64,000 bases of DNA, taken from the IMG/VR virus record IMGVR_UViG_3300028800_000064, positions 33,241 to 97,240 of that record; one strand, given 5' to 3'. Position 1 is the stretch's first letter. Each line of letters opens with the position of its first letter. The stretch comes from a virus. Under the pieces are notes generated by a model, which had not been told where the DNA came from, did not search any database, and saw only the letters and a program-made list of their open reading frames with translations. Below are positions 1-10,230 of the stretch, in pieces. The position numbers and the translations under genes were made by a program.

Positions 1-43
1 GAACGAAGCCAACGGGATTGAAGCCAAGAAATAACCAGGAGGC

Positions 44-349
44 ATGGTCATTATGACACGCAATGAGGTGTACCAAATCATCGACGTAGAGCGAAACTAT
101 CAAAATGATAAGTACCCGGCCAGTGTAGAACTCAGCAGTGGCCAAATGCGGCGGTTTCGCGATTTGGATGTGACTCCTGGCATTCTGCTGCTGGACGCAT
201 ATGTTCGCAAAGCACAGGACGCTTGGGTGGAGTCGGCATCCTCCAACTTAAAGGCTTTACAGCAGGTTGCCAAGGTGGCAGCTATCGCAGTACGCATTTT
301 GGAACGGGCGGGCGGTAGTGAGGAGTTGTTGACCAAAGGTTTGCGGTAA
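44..349 (+). CDS. Hypothetical protein, possibly MazG-like helical fold
   Basis: AGGAGG RBS; C-terminal 'LQQVAKVAAIAVRILE' resembles the phage MazG-like 'ELIQVAAVA' helix. Confidence 0.5.
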   Translation: MVIMTRNEVYQIIDVERNYQNDKYPASVELSSGQMRRFRDLDVTPGILLLDAYVRKAQDAWVESASSNLKALQQVAKVAAIAVRILERAGGSEELLTKGLR

Positions 350-392
350 GATACGACCCGAAAGGGTAAACTCAAAAACAGGATGGTGTAGC

Positions 393-842
393 ATGTCTTC
401 AGTGAACAAAGCTATTTTGGTGGGCAGGCTCGGCAAGGACCCAGAAGCGCGGTATACACAGGGCGGCGCAGCTGTCGCCAATTTCAGTCTCGCGACCGAC
501 GAATCATACAAGGACGCTTCTGGCGAGAGGCAGAAGAAAACCGAATGGCACAACATCGTCGTGTGGGGACCCTCTGTCGATAAGTTCGTAGTACCGTATC
601 TGCACAAGGGCGACCTGGTTTACATTGAAGGCAAGCTCCAGACCCGTTCGTGGGATGACAAGGGAGGAAACAAGCGGTACACCACGGAAATCAACGTCAC
701 CGAGATCAAGAGCCTCTCGACCGGCGACAAAAATTCCAGTGGCACCCCTGCCGCGCGGCAGGGACAGGCCAATACAAAACCCGCAGCTGCCGCTCCCGCC
801 GGGCGCAGCGCAGAAGTATCTGACGAAGACCTTCCGTTCTAA
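393..842 (+). CDS. ssb: Single-stranded DNA-binding protein
   Basis: VNKAILVGRLGKDPE, TEWHNIVVWG, GDLVYIEGKLQTRSW, acidic C-terminal DEDLPF. Confidence 0.98.
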   Translation: MSSVNKAILVGRLGKDPEARYTQGGAAVANFSLATDESYKDASGERQKKTEWHNIVVWGPSVDKFVVPYLHKGDLVYIEGKLQTRSWDDKGGNKRYTTEINVTEIKSLSTGDKNSSGTPAARQGQANTKPAAAAPAGRSAEVSDEDLPF

Positions 843-857
843 CAGGAGACACCTAGA

Positions 858-1028
858 ATGGTTGCAAAGATTTTCACCCTTGTCTGGTCTGGACTGTGGC
901 AGGGGTTCGGCGTAGAGTTGTCTTTCCTGGTGCTCTGGGTCTTCTGGCACTTCCTGCACAGCAGGATGGCGCACAAGTTTGATCCGGAGCATCTCTTTCA
1001 TCGCATTCACGACTACTTCACCCAGTGA
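858..1028 (+). CDS. Small hydrophobic hypothetical protein (56 aa)
   Basis: AGGAG RBS; ORF fills the ssb-helicase gap; hydrophobic N-terminus. Confidence 0.5.
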   Translation: MVAKIFTLVWSGLWQGFGVELSFLVLWVFWHFLHSRMAHKFDPEHLFHRIHDYFTQ

Positions 1029-1035
1029 GGCTCTT

Positions 1036-2631
1036 GTGGCTGAAATCGAGCTGAACCCAGACCAGCAGGCGGTTATCGCCGACTATCGGGGAGCGCGATC
1101 CGTCGTGGCAGGGCCGGGTAGTGGAAAAACGGCCACCATGGTACGGCTGATCCGCAAGTTGCTGGACGCGGGGGTTCCGGCTTCGGAAATTCGAGCCGTC
1201 ACCTTCTCGAAAGAGATGGCGCAGACGCTGGAGAAGCGCGTCGGGGTGAAAGGTGTGGTGTCTACTTTTCACAGCTTGGGGTATCTGATCTGTTCCGAGA
1301 CGGAGCGCAAACCTGTCGAGCCTGAGCTGCGGCATCGGTTGATGTCGAAACTGGTGCGCAAGTGGAATTTGGAGTACAAAGAGCTGGACAGCTTCATTGC
1401 CACCATGCGGCGGCAAAACGTCGGCCCAGATGAGGCAATAGAAGCGAGTGAGACTGGCGATCTTCCCCATGCTCTTGCTTATGCTTTCGGCGAGTACGAA
1501 CAGGTGCGAGCGCAAGAGGGGTGGATGGACTTTGACAGCATGCTTCGCGATTCTGTAGATTTGCTGGAGCGCAATTTGCAGGCGCGGGCGCGGTGGCAAC
1601 CACAATACTTGATTGTAGACGAGGCCCAGGATACGGACGATCTGCAGTGGCGCATGATGCAACTGATGTCGGAGAAACACGGCAACATCACGGTCGTGGG
1701 CGATCCCAACCAAGCGATCTACGGGTTTCGCGGAGCCAAGCCTGACAACATTACCAATTTTCAACAGTGGTTCCCCTCGGGACGAAAGTTCTATCTCGGG
1801 CAGAACTATAGAAGCACGCAAACCATCGTAAACTTCGTGCGCGAGAATGCTCCGGAGGATACGCCGGTTGAGTTGCTGAACCGGATGCGCGCGGCGCGGG
1901 AAATCAAAGGATCGCCTATCGGCCTGAAGATGTACTGGTCAGAGGAAGCTGAAGCCGAGTCGGCGCTCAAACTGGCGCAAAAAGACCCGCTCAATAGTGT
2001 CATTCTTGCCCGTACGAATCGCACTGTAGGGTTGCTGGAGCGGCTTTGTAATCGGTACCACATTCGATATCATCTGTTGGGGAAGTCTGGTTTTTGGAAG
2101 CAAAACGAAATTCGCAAAGCTGTTGAGGCGTTGAAGCAGTATCCGATGATTTCTATAGACGCTGGTTTCAATCTCACGCTGCCGGGGATCGAATCGAAAT
2201 ACGCGGTCGAGGACCGCACGGATCGAGACAACGACGCTCTCGAAAATCTCAAGGTTCTGCGCTTGATTGGAAAAGATTTTCGCATGGCGAAAGAGTTCGT
2301 GGTCTACGCCAACAAAATGATCCATCGACGCAATGACCCGCGAGGCGTGTCGATCTCAACCGTTCACCAGGCCAAGGGCGGCGAATGGCGTTCGGTATAT
2401 CTTCTCGGGGCCAGCGCCAAAGGTTTTCCGCATCCAAAGGGCGATCCCAAGGAGGAGAAACGCATCTATTTCGTGGCGGTAAGCCGGGCGATAGACACCC
2501 TGCGCATTTCGTTTGCAGGAACCCCGTCGTTATACTTGCGACGGTATTTGACGAACGAGATCATGGACAAGCTGCGCGATCATGCAACAGAAGTGGACCG
2601 GCTACAAGAACAAACACAACTTTTTTCGTGA
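1036..2631 (+). CDS. UvrD/PcrA-family SF1 helicase
   Basis: AGPGSGKT, TFHSLG, VDEAQD, VVGDPNQAIYGFRGA, QNYRS, STVHQAKGGEW, YFVAVSRA; GTG start chosen after GAGG. Confidence 0.95.
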   Translation: MAEIELNPDQQAVIADYRGARSVVAGPGSGKTATMVRLIRKLLDAGVPASEIRAVTFSKEMAQTLEKRVGVKGVVSTFHSLGYLICSETERKPVEPELRHRLMSKLVRKWNLEYKELDSFIATMRRQNVGPDEAIEASETGDLPHALAYAFGEYEQVRAQEGWMDFDSMLRDSVDLLERNLQARARWQPQYLIVDEAQDTDDLQWRMMQLMSEKHGNITVVGDPNQAIYGFRGAKPDNITNFQQWFPSGRKFYLGQNYRSTQTIVNFVRENAPEDTPVELLNRMRAAREIKGSPIGLKMYWSEEAEAESALKLAQKDPLNSVILARTNRTVGLLERLCNRYHIRYHLLGKSGFWKQNEIRKAVEALKQYPMISIDAGFNLTLPGIESKYAVEDRTDRDNDALENLKVLRLIGKDFRMAKEFVVYANKMIHRRNDPRGVSISTVHQAKGGEWRSVYLLGASAKGFPHPKGDPKEEKRIYFVAVSRAIDTLRISFAGTPSLYLRRYLTNEIMDKLRDHATEVDRLQEQTQLFS

Positions 2632-2638
2632 GGTTAAA

Positions 2639-3763
2639 ATGAGCAGCATGAAACCGCATCTATACATCAACAGCAAGGGCTACTTTGTTACCCGCCACTC
2701 ATACAGCGGCAGCGATTCGTTTAACTACTGCGCGCGGAAATACTACCTAGAGCGCGTGCAGGGGTGGTCGGAGAAGGTGGTGCGGTCGGCCACATTCTTC
2801 GGCACCGCTTTGGAAAAAGCAGTGACGTTCTGGCACCAGCATCGGCAAGATACTGCCGCCGCTGTCGCGGAGTTCGTTCGCTTGTGGGCGGAACACAAAG
2901 ACAAACCATACACCTACTCCAAGACCGATCTCGACTGGGACCGGCTCAACCTGACAGGTCAGGAGCTGCTGCGGCTGTACACGATCCGCTATCCCACGTT
3001 CCCTTACGTGGTCAATAACCCGCTCGATTTTCAGGTGGAGACCAACTTCGAAGTGTTCCCCGGCACCAAGCTGGCAGGCATCGAATTCACTTCGTACATC
3101 GATCTTGTCGCCCAGATGAAAGACAAATTCGAACCGATCATCATCGATATGAAAACGTCGGGCAAGGATGTACCCGAGTTCACAGTGTTGGACCCGCAGT
3201 TGCGAAGTTACTCCTGGGTGAAGAGCTGGCCGAATGTGGCGTTCTTGTGGTTCCGGAAGATGGGTCGCACGATCTCCAAGGGGGATACTGTGACGTTCCT
3301 GGAGCCGTATGCCGATCTGCAGCCGGGCGATAACGCGATTGTTTTGGCGACAGATGATTTCGGCATCTGGGTCACGCAAAACCAACGAGTGGTGGATGAG
3401 ATCGATGCTCAGTTTAAGGGGGAAAGCAAAGCTGTGAAGGCGGCGCGGCAAGCGTACATCGAAGCCAACTCAAGTCACGCACCTGAGCGGGTCATCACCA
3501 AGCAGAGAGTGCAGTTCAAAATGGCGGTCATCACTCCCGAGAGCGCCGAAGATATAGGTCGGTCGATCAAGAGGGATATCGTCAACATCGTTGGGGCCAA
3601 CGAAAAGGAATTCTGGCCGATGCAATCGGGTGTTAGGTTCCCGAACGAAAAGTGCCCGAACTGCGCGATGCGCGGAATCTGTGCTGGCAAACCGGAGCTG
3701 CGGGACACGCTCCTAGTTCGAAAGCAACTGGATGAGTTTGACTTTGGCAAGGAAAGCGAGTAG
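2639..3763 (+). CDS. PD-(D/E)XK nuclease, AddB/Cas4-like, with 4-Cys cluster
   Basis: SYS..FNYCARKYYL, IDL..IIDMKT, QLRSY, C-terminal CPNC..C. Confidence 0.88.
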   Translation: MSSMKPHLYINSKGYFVTRHSYSGSDSFNYCARKYYLERVQGWSEKVVRSATFFGTALEKAVTFWHQHRQDTAAAVAEFVRLWAEHKDKPYTYSKTDLDWDRLNLTGQELLRLYTIRYPTFPYVVNNPLDFQVETNFEVFPGTKLAGIEFTSYIDLVAQMKDKFEPIIIDMKTSGKDVPEFTVLDPQLRSYSWVKSWPNVAFLWFRKMGRTISKGDTVTFLEPYADLQPGDNAIVLATDDFGIWVTQNQRVVDEIDAQFKGESKAVKAARQAYIEANSSHAPERVITKQRVQFKMAVITPESAEDIGRSIKRDIVNIVGANEKEFWPMQSGVRFPNEKCPNCAMRGICAGKPELRDTLLVRKQLDEFDFGKESE

Positions 3764-3771
3764 AATACACC

Positions 3772-4155
3772 ATGCCTAAGCGGATCGTGGACGGGGACGC
3801 CCTCTGGCTCTCCGAAAAAGTGCGCAGCTTGCCAGAAGAGTTTCGCCTTCACTACGCCAATTGGATTCCTTTGGCGCGGGAGAACGGCGTCTTCGAAGCG
3901 AGTCCGCAACGCATACAGGCCCAAGTTTACAGTTATCTTAGGCCAAATTTCACTGTAGCAAGCGTGCAGCGCGTGCTTAACGCACTGGTACGCGCCGGGC
4001 TCGTACGGCTGTACGACGCCGACGGCAAAACTTGGGGATATTTTGTCGGAATGGATAAACCCGGTAGGTTGCCTGAATTGAGATACATAGAGCGGTATAA
4101 GAACCTGCCGCCCAACCCACCCCAATGGGTCATTAACGGGACTGATCCGGAGTAG
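3772..4155 (+). CDS. Phage replication initiator, N-terminal wHTH-like part
   Basis: MPKRIVDGDALWLSEKV and LVRAGLVRLY patterns typical of replisome-organiser N-termini; lies upstream of the primase. Confidence 0.6.
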   Translation: MPKRIVDGDALWLSEKVRSLPEEFRLHYANWIPLARENGVFEASPQRIQAQVYSYLRPNFTVASVQRVLNALVRAGLVRLYDADGKTWGYFVGMDKPGRLPELRYIERYKNLPPNPPQWVINGTDPE

Positions 4156-4230
4156 TCCGGACTACTCCGTAATACTCGCCGAGGGTTTGGTTTGGTCTGG
4201 ATAGGGATTAGGTTTAGGATTAGGTTTAGG
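4148..4230. repeat. 22-bp perfect palindrome followed by short GG-rich tandem repeats; candidate origin
   Basis: CGGAGTAGTCCGGACTACTCCG at 4148-4169; GGATTAGGTTTAGGATTAGGTTTAGG. Confidence 0.6.
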
Positions 4231-4246
4231 AGCCGGAGGCCCAGAG

Positions 4247-4879
4247 ATGCTCATCAAGACACTTCCCAAAATCGCGGCCAGGGTATTAAAAAATACCTGG
4301 GGTGTGCTGCCGCAAATGAAACCACGGCTGGAGCTGGTGGAGGAAGCCTACGGCGCGGCGGCGGTGGAAAAGGACTTCGAACAATGGTGCGAGGAAGTCA
4401 AAGACATCAACCCTCGATTCCCTGTGCCCGAGTACTTGAAGTTGATCGATTCCCGGCTGGGGTCTGTGCCGAAGGAGGATGAGCGTGATCCTCGGGTCGA
4501 GGAGATATCTGCGCTGACGTACAAACTCACGCGCCGCCCTGCGCCCCCGAAAAACGTGCGAGAGCTGCTGTCCCAATACTCGCTGGAAGAGATTGCGTCC
4601 GCGTTGCAGGAATATGTGGAAGGGATCGAAGATCGGGAGTTGGCGTACGCGGCGAGAACTTTTTTTGTGGACGGCGGGTGTACTGCAGTGATTATTTCGC
4701 GGCGACAGCGTGAGGCCGACCGGCAGAAGCAAATTCACAAAGATGCGGAGGAGAAACGTCTGATCGCAGCTTTGGTGGAGAAAGAGCGGTTGAAAAGCGA
4801 GGAAGAGGATCGGCTTCTGGAAGAAAGCGCGAATGAACCGAAGCCCACTGCGGCGCAATTGTTTGGGGAACCGCTATGA
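4247..4879 (+). CDS. Hypothetical replication-module protein, possibly the initiator C-terminal part
   Basis: GGAGG RBS; stop overlaps the primase start (ATGA). Confidence 0.65.
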   Translation: MLIKTLPKIAARVLKNTWGVLPQMKPRLELVEEAYGAAAVEKDFEQWCEEVKDINPRFPVPEYLKLIDSRLGSVPKEDERDPRVEEISALTYKLTRRPAPPKNVRELLSQYSLEEIASALQEYVEGIEDRELAYAARTFFVDGGCTAVIISRRQREADRQKQIHKDAEEKRLIAALVEKERLKSEEEDRLLEESANEPKPTAAQLFGEPL

Positions 4880-6906
4880 CAAAATTTTCAAACGAAGACC
4901 TGACTCGTTGGAAAAAAGAAATTAACGCGGGTCCAGTCATCGCTTCGCGGATGACGTTGCGCCGCGAGAACGCGGAATATGTGGGGTTGTGTCCGTTTCA
5001 TGAAGAAAAAAATCCCTCGTTCAAAGTGTATAGACTGGACGACGGGTGCTGGGGCTTTAAGTGTTTCGGTTGCGGAGCCAACGGAAATGTTTTTCAATTC
5101 ATTCAGAAAAAAGATGGCATTTCCTTCACCGAAGCTGTAGCAAAAGTTTTGGAGCTGGCTGGTGTGACAGGATGGGAGAGCGGCAAGGTTCAGGTCGATC
5201 AAACGTTTGGGAAAATACTGGACAACACGAAAGACCTCGTGACGTTTCCCATCGAGAACTATACCCAGTCGGAGAAAGCTTTGCATGAGTCTGCAGCCGG
5301 GCAAAAATGGCTGACGGATCGCGGGATCACCATGGACGCGGCGCGCCGACTGCATCTGGGATTCATCCAAGATGCGACCATCGTGGCGGGTACGAATCAC
5401 CCATGGGCCAAACGCGGCTGGATCATGTTTCCAACTTTGTCCGACGACGGTCACACGGTGATTTCGGTGAAGTACCGGAGTCTGGTAGGCAAGAAAGAGA
5501 TGCTGGATCAAAAGTCAGTCTCCGGCATTCTGCGCGCGAAGGATACCGCCACGGTGCTTTACAATCTTCGCGAAGTGAATCCGATGGAAGACGTGTGGGT
5601 TGTGGAGGGGGAGCCCGATACGCTGGTTATCTCTCAGATGGGTTTTCCTTGCGTGGGATACCCGAGCGGCCAATACAATCCCACGGCGGAAGAGCGGGAC
5701 GTGCTGATGAAGTCCAAGCGCAGGTTTCTAGCGGGAGACACTGACGAAGTAGGCGCAGCGGCCATGGATAAACTTTGGAAGGAGCTGCGAGAAAACACTT
5801 TTCGTATCCACTGGCCGAGTGGGTGCAAAGATGCCAACGACACCTTGTTGAAAGAATGTGGCGGAGACCTCGCGAAATTCGCAGAGTTGCTGGATCAACT
5901 GAAAACGAAAGCTCTTTCGCAACCGATTCCAGATTACTACGACATGATGGAGTCTTTGGAGGGCTGCGACGACACGAACCCGATGGATAATCCGCGCCGA
6001 TTACATTGTCGCACGAAGGAAGTGGATGAAATGGCCGTCACGCTTCCTGGCAACGTGGTGAGCGTGTTTGCCAGCTATACAGGCAGCGGGAAAACGACGT
6101 GGTTGTTGGATGAGATTGAGTTATACGAGGCGATGCAGTTCGGTTCGGTTGTGGTGAACTATTCGGCGGAGTTGTCGGTGCAGGAGCTGGCTACTCTGGT
6201 GGCCGCCAATCTGACCAACACGGATCGGTTGCAGATCGGAAAAGTGCAGTACAAAAAAGCTGCCGCAAAACTGCAAGCCGCTCATGCGCGTTTCTACGTG
6301 GGATATAATCCCGATTTGAATCGCATTGGGATGGTGCTGGACTCGCTGGAGTGGGCGATCCGGAGACTTGGCGCGAATATCATCGTGCTGGATCACTTGC
6401 ATTTCTTGTGTCGCGGCGAGAAGGACGATATCAAAGCGCAAGCCGATGCGATGCAGCGGATCAAGAACATCACCCGCAAGTACGATGTGATTTTCATCGT
6501 GGTGGGGCAGAGCCGGAAACCCGCGCAAGGGAATCGCGGCAAATCTTCGGAACAATGGGACGCAAAGGGCAGCGAAACGTTCACCTCAGACGCTACCACT
6601 ACGTATCACATTCATCGGGCGCGCAAGAGCGACATTGACTGGGAGCATCCAGACACATGGCCTGCGGATATCTTGGAGAACCGAACCGAAATTCGTCTCG
6701 ATAAGTGTAGAACCAAGGGGCCTGGAAAAGCAGTGGCGTTGCAGTGGTTTGCTGGCAATGTCGGAAAGTTTTTGCCTTATACGAATCAGACACCGGATAC
6801 GCCGCCTGTTCAGCACCCGGCGAATTCCGCAGCTCAAGGCCAGTTCGCGGAGGAGGATTTCCACTCCGACGAACCGCCAATTGTGAGGGACTTCGATGTC
6901 CGTTAA
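4876..6906 (+). CDS. Primase-helicase fusion (CHC2 zinc finger + TOPRIM + SF4 helicase)
   Basis: CPFHEEKNPSF..CFGCG; VVEGEPD, GDTDEVG, KDAND; GSGKTT, IIVLDHLH. Confidence 0.93.
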   Translation: MTKFSNEDLTRWKKEINAGPVIASRMTLRRENAEYVGLCPFHEEKNPSFKVYRLDDGCWGFKCFGCGANGNVFQFIQKKDGISFTEAVAKVLELAGVTGWESGKVQVDQTFGKILDNTKDLVTFPIENYTQSEKALHESAAGQKWLTDRGITMDAARRLHLGFIQDATIVAGTNHPWAKRGWIMFPTLSDDGHTVISVKYRSLVGKKEMLDQKSVSGILRAKDTATVLYNLREVNPMEDVWVVEGEPDTLVISQMGFPCVGYPSGQYNPTAEERDVLMKSKRRFLAGDTDEVGAAAMDKLWKELRENTFRIHWPSGCKDANDTLLKECGGDLAKFAELLDQLKTKALSQPIPDYYDMMESLEGCDDTNPMDNPRRLHCRTKEVDEMAVTLPGNVVSVFASYTGSGKTTWLLDEIELYEAMQFGSVVVNYSAELSVQELATLVAANLTNTDRLQIGKVQYKKAAAKLQAAHARFYVGYNPDLNRIGMVLDSLEWAIRRLGANIIVLDHLHFLCRGEKDDIKAQADAMQRIKNITRKYDVIFIVVGQSRKPAQGNRGKSSEQWDAKGSETFTSDATTTYHIHRARKSDIDWEHPDTWPADILENRTEIRLDKCRTKGPGKAVALQWFAGNVGKFLPYTNQTPDTPPVQHPANSAAQGQFAEEDFHSDEPPIVRDFDVR

Positions 6907-7216
6907 AGTCGTGAAGGTGAATCAAAGACGGGATAATTTCACGGTGTATATCGGGAGAGAGTGGTCGGACGTTTTTCTCCAATCTCCATTTCACAACCCG
7001 TTTCATATAGGGCGGGATGGAGATCGGGCGGAAGTGATCCAAAAATTCGTAGCTTACTGGTATGCGCCTGAACAAGCGCATTTGCGCCGGTATGCGTTGG
7101 ATCGAATTACCGAAAACGACGTGTTGGGTTGCTGGTGCGCCCCTCTGCCGTGCCACGGAGAAATTATTGCAGGCTATATCAAGTGGAAACGCCAGGAGAC
7201 GCGACTATGGTGGTAA
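6896..7216 (+). CDS. DUF4326-like protein
   Basis: VYIGR..SPFHNPF..R.EVI..LGCWCAPLPCHG. Confidence 0.85.
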   Translation: MSVKVVKVNQRRDNFTVYIGREWSDVFLQSPFHNPFHIGRDGDRAEVIQKFVAYWYAPEQAHLRRYALDRITENDVLGCWCAPLPCHGEIIAGYIKWKRQETRLWW

Positions 7217-7458
7217 AAGAACCTACAGACCCAGCTTTGCGTTACACCTCGCCGGAGAATCGCGGTGTTTGCGGTTTCTGTGGCGCAGAAGAGGGCGGCT
7301 ACGCCAAACGGGACGAGAGCGGAAACTGGCAAGCGTCCTGTTGGGCTTGCGTGCGGCCAGCGGCTGCGAGTGCCCCGCAACCTAAACGGCGGTTGATCGG
7401 ATCGCTGGCGAACAACGCGGTGGTGGTTTCGGACGATGCAGAGCGAGTGGTGCGATAG
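7207..7458 (+). CDS. Small zinc-finger hypothetical protein
   Basis: CGFC..CWAC; AGGAG RBS. Confidence 0.55.
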   Translation: MVVKEPTDPALRYTSPENRGVCGFCGAEEGGYAKRDESGNWQASCWACVRPAAASAPQPKRRLIGSLANNAVVVSDDAERVVR

Positions 7459-7466
7459 GAGAATCC

Positions 7467-8111
7467 ATGTCTACAGACAGTTCTATCCAGCATGCTTGCG
7501 GAGACGACGCGCTCCGGCTGGTAACCAAGCAAGCTGCGGAGATGGCCAGTGCGGAGGATCAATGCGAGCGCGGATACGCCCATCTCGGCTGGCTGTTGCT
7601 TGAGGTTTCGGAGATGCAATACTGGAAAGTGCAGTACGACACGTTCCGCGAATATCTGAAAAGCGTAGCCGAAGTCTCGAAGAAAACCCCCGGTCAGCTG
7701 CAGCAATATTTTCTCACTGTCCGTGACCTGAGTGACACGTTTAAGCCCGCCCAGTTGGAGAGCATGGGGATCACCAAGGCAATTAAGCTGAGGGCGGCTA
7801 AAGACTACGCTATCGTGTTGCCAGCCTCTGTGGTGAAGGCAGCCCTTGATCCAGCAGTTACGGTGAGAGAACTCAAGAAAGTGATCTCAGAGACTCTCAA
7901 GATGCCTGATGAGGAAGGTGACTGGATGGATTTGGAGATGGAGTTTATGGTGACTCCGGAACAGCGGGCTCTGTTTGAACAGGCCATCGACGTGGCGATG
8001 CACACGGACCCGTTGACGAAGTCAACCATCTCGCGGTCGGCGCAGATGCTGGACGTGATGACCAAGTTTGCGCAGGAATTTTTGGGCGCGCATAGTGGAG
8101 ACGGGCAATGA
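7467..8111 (+). CDS. Hypothetical protein, probably DNA-binding
   Basis: AGGAG RBS; 'YDTFREYL' motif; overlaps next gene. Confidence 0.7.
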   Translation: MSTDSSIQHACGDDALRLVTKQAAEMASAEDQCERGYAHLGWLLLEVSEMQYWKVQYDTFREYLKSVAEVSKKTPGQLQQYFLTVRDLSDTFKPAQLESMGITKAIKLRAAKDYAIVLPASVVKAALDPAVTVRELKKVISETLKMPDEEGDWMDLEMEFMVTPEQRALFEQAIDVAMHTDPLTKSTISRSAQMLDVMTKFAQEFLGAHSGDGQ

Positions 8112-8464
8112 GAACTCCTGGACGAATGGAATGGGTTGAATTGGCTCCTGGTGAACTGCGAATCGTTCGAATTTTTCGTAACAAAAAAGACGCCCTTATC
8201 GAACAGTATGTGACCCACTGTTTCATTGTCCAAGTGCTATATCGTGAAGCTGTCGGAGCCATTCGGTATCAAATTTGGCTGCGGTCTCGCGGCGAATGCG
8301 AACTTTGCGCCGCGCCGATCACTGAGGCGTCGGGGCATATGCATGAGAAACAACACCGGGGCCGAGGCGGAGAAATCTCGCTCGATAATTCTGTTTTCAT
8401 TTGTCAGAGATGTCACCAGCGCGCACATGCGGATCGAAACCCGCGATGGTCAGAAAAGTCTTGA
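8108..8464 (+). CDS. HNH endonuclease-like protein
   Basis: CELC..HMHE..RGRGG..N..CQRCH. Confidence 0.8.
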   Translation: MRTPGRMEWVELAPGELRIVRIFRNKKDALIEQYVTHCFIVQVLYREAVGAIRYQIWLRSRGECELCAAPITEASGHMHEKQHRGRGGEISLDNSVFICQRCHQRAHADRNPRWSEKS

Positions 8465-8582
8465 CAGATTTGAGTTTTTCTGGCAGGATACTGACTGAGA
8501 GCAACACCCCGAGACATCGGGTTTCCCTACGGAGGCGGGTCGTTTGAGCAGACGGCCCGCTCAAATTCTTGCAGGAGGAGTT

Positions 8583-9011
8583 ATGGGACACAATGTCGGA
8601 GTAGCCGCAGATCGAGCGGTCAAGAACAGCGAGCGCGTCAAGCCAGTTTCCCAGCGCACACCAGAAGAACGGCTGGCGAACATTCGGAATTTGCTAGCGG
8701 CAGGCCTGGCGGTGCCGCCTGTCGAGCAAAAGTTTCTGTTGGCGCAATACGATAGTATTCAGGCAACGCTCGTGCAAAACACGAGAGTGCTTGAATTGGC
8801 CCGCGCGACGGTGGAACTTGCCCATGAGGAGATCGAGAGTCTCAAGGCCCAGATTGCGCAGTTTCGCACGGTGTATGAACAGGAAAACAGCAGCACCACG
8901 TTCAAACTGGAGCGAGTGCCGGTAAATGAACTCATTTTGGAGACCTCAGAGGGCCAGTTGATTCGGTTTGAGGGCGAGGGTGGCGCGGTTCCGGCGGAGC
9001 CGATTGCGTAA
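8583..9011 (+). CDS. Hypothetical coiled-coil protein
   Basis: AGGAGG RBS; coupled to next gene. Confidence 0.65.
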   Translation: MGHNVGVAADRAVKNSERVKPVSQRTPEERLANIRNLLAAGLAVPPVEQKFLLAQYDSIQATLVQNTRVLELARATVELAHEEIESLKAQIAQFRTVYEQENSSTTFKLERVPVNELILETSEGQLIRFEGEGGAVPAEPIA

Positions 9012-9439
9012 TGACGCGCTTCGAATCATTTTTGCGTCGGTACCTCCAGTTCAAAGAAATCGGCTGGACGGAGATCGGCGAGAAGTTCACACGGTATGCT
9101 TTGTGCCGCACGCCGTGGTTCAACATCTATCTGCACCAGCTCTACGCGCCGAACTGGCACCCAGAGTGCCACGATCACCCCTGGGGTTTCATTGCCATCT
9201 TGATTCGGCGCGGGTATTTGGAGCGGGTGGGAGACAAGAATTACCGCCGCAAGGTTGGGTCGGTTCTGTTTCGCCCGGCCACCTTCACGCACAATGTGAT
9301 TACGCCGTACGGCACCTCGTGGTCGATCATTTTCACGACACCGAAGAGCCGTGACTGGGGATTCAAGCCCTGCGACCACCATTTGTCGCCATTAAATCCA
9401 GACACGTATAGGGGAATATACACCCATGCTCCGAGATAA
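9011..9439 (+). CDS. Cupin-like protein
   Basis: IYLHQ..CHDHPW..GYLE..FRPATFTHNV. Confidence 0.75.
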   Translation: MTRFESFLRRYLQFKEIGWTEIGEKFTRYALCRTPWFNIYLHQLYAPNWHPECHDHPWGFIAILIRRGYLERVGDKNYRRKVGSVLFRPATFTHNVITPYGTSWSIIFTTPKSRDWGFKPCDHHLSPLNPDTYRGIYTHAPR

Positions 9440-9827
9440 AGACGGCAACAGGTTGTTTCGCAAGGTAACTGTACGGATCGTTTATCCGGATTCGATCTTT
9501 CCGACAAAGACGCTCATCCAGCACGCGGGCGCGCGGCAGGGTTTTGGTCCCGAAGGGGTCGATCAGATTTTGAATGGCATTGCGGACCAGCTTGAAACTT
9601 TGTATCCGTGGTGGGAGTTCCAGGTTGTTGAACTGACTCCCGAACACCGGACGGCGCGGTACGTGTTCACTTTCGCAGGTTACCGCGCAGGTTATGTGCC
9701 GCAAGATTTTGGAGCTGCGGTTGCTCCAGGAATTAACCCACAAAGCAGCAGTACGCTCGACCTTGGGACGGCGGAAAGTACCACACCGGCAGAGGAAATG
9801 ACCGAAGCCGGGAACACACTGTCGTAA
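9426..9827 (+). CDS. Hypothetical protein
   Basis: Continuous ORF within the operon. Confidence 0.55.
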   Translation: MLRDKDGNRLFRKVTVRIVYPDSIFPTKTLIQHAGARQGFGPEGVDQILNGIADQLETLYPWWEFQVVELTPEHRTARYVFTFAGYRAGYVPQDFGAAVAPGINPQSSSTLDLGTAESTTPAEEMTEAGNTLS

Positions 9828-10230
9828 CCGCTGTCCCGAGAGCGAGTGCCTGGAGGAAGAAATGGCCCACGCGATGTACGAGGTTTGGGAAGACCCGATA
9901 GGGGATGACGATAAATCCCCGTGGTGCGCGCAGATGGTGAACTATGCGCCTCGTTTTCCCACAAGGAAAGCTGCGGAAGACTACGCGGCGACGATCCGGA
10001 GGAATCGCGAGAAGGCCGGGCTCAAGTAAGTTTGAATGGCTCGCGCCAGCCGCAGACCAGAGGCCCGCACTTGCACGCAAGGCAGGTTGTCACGAACGGT
10101 TCCCAGCATAAAGTGAAACAACAGGTCCATTCCGCGCCGCAAACGCCGCAGACATGAGGCTGGCTCCACGATTCTTCAATCTTGTCCGATTTCTTAGGCG
10201 CGGCCATGTTGAGATAGTAGCAGAAAAGGC

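Noticed and set aside
2639-3763. Cas4 as part of a CRISPR system
   Set aside because: It lies with SSB and UvrD in the recombination module, and no other cas genes are present.
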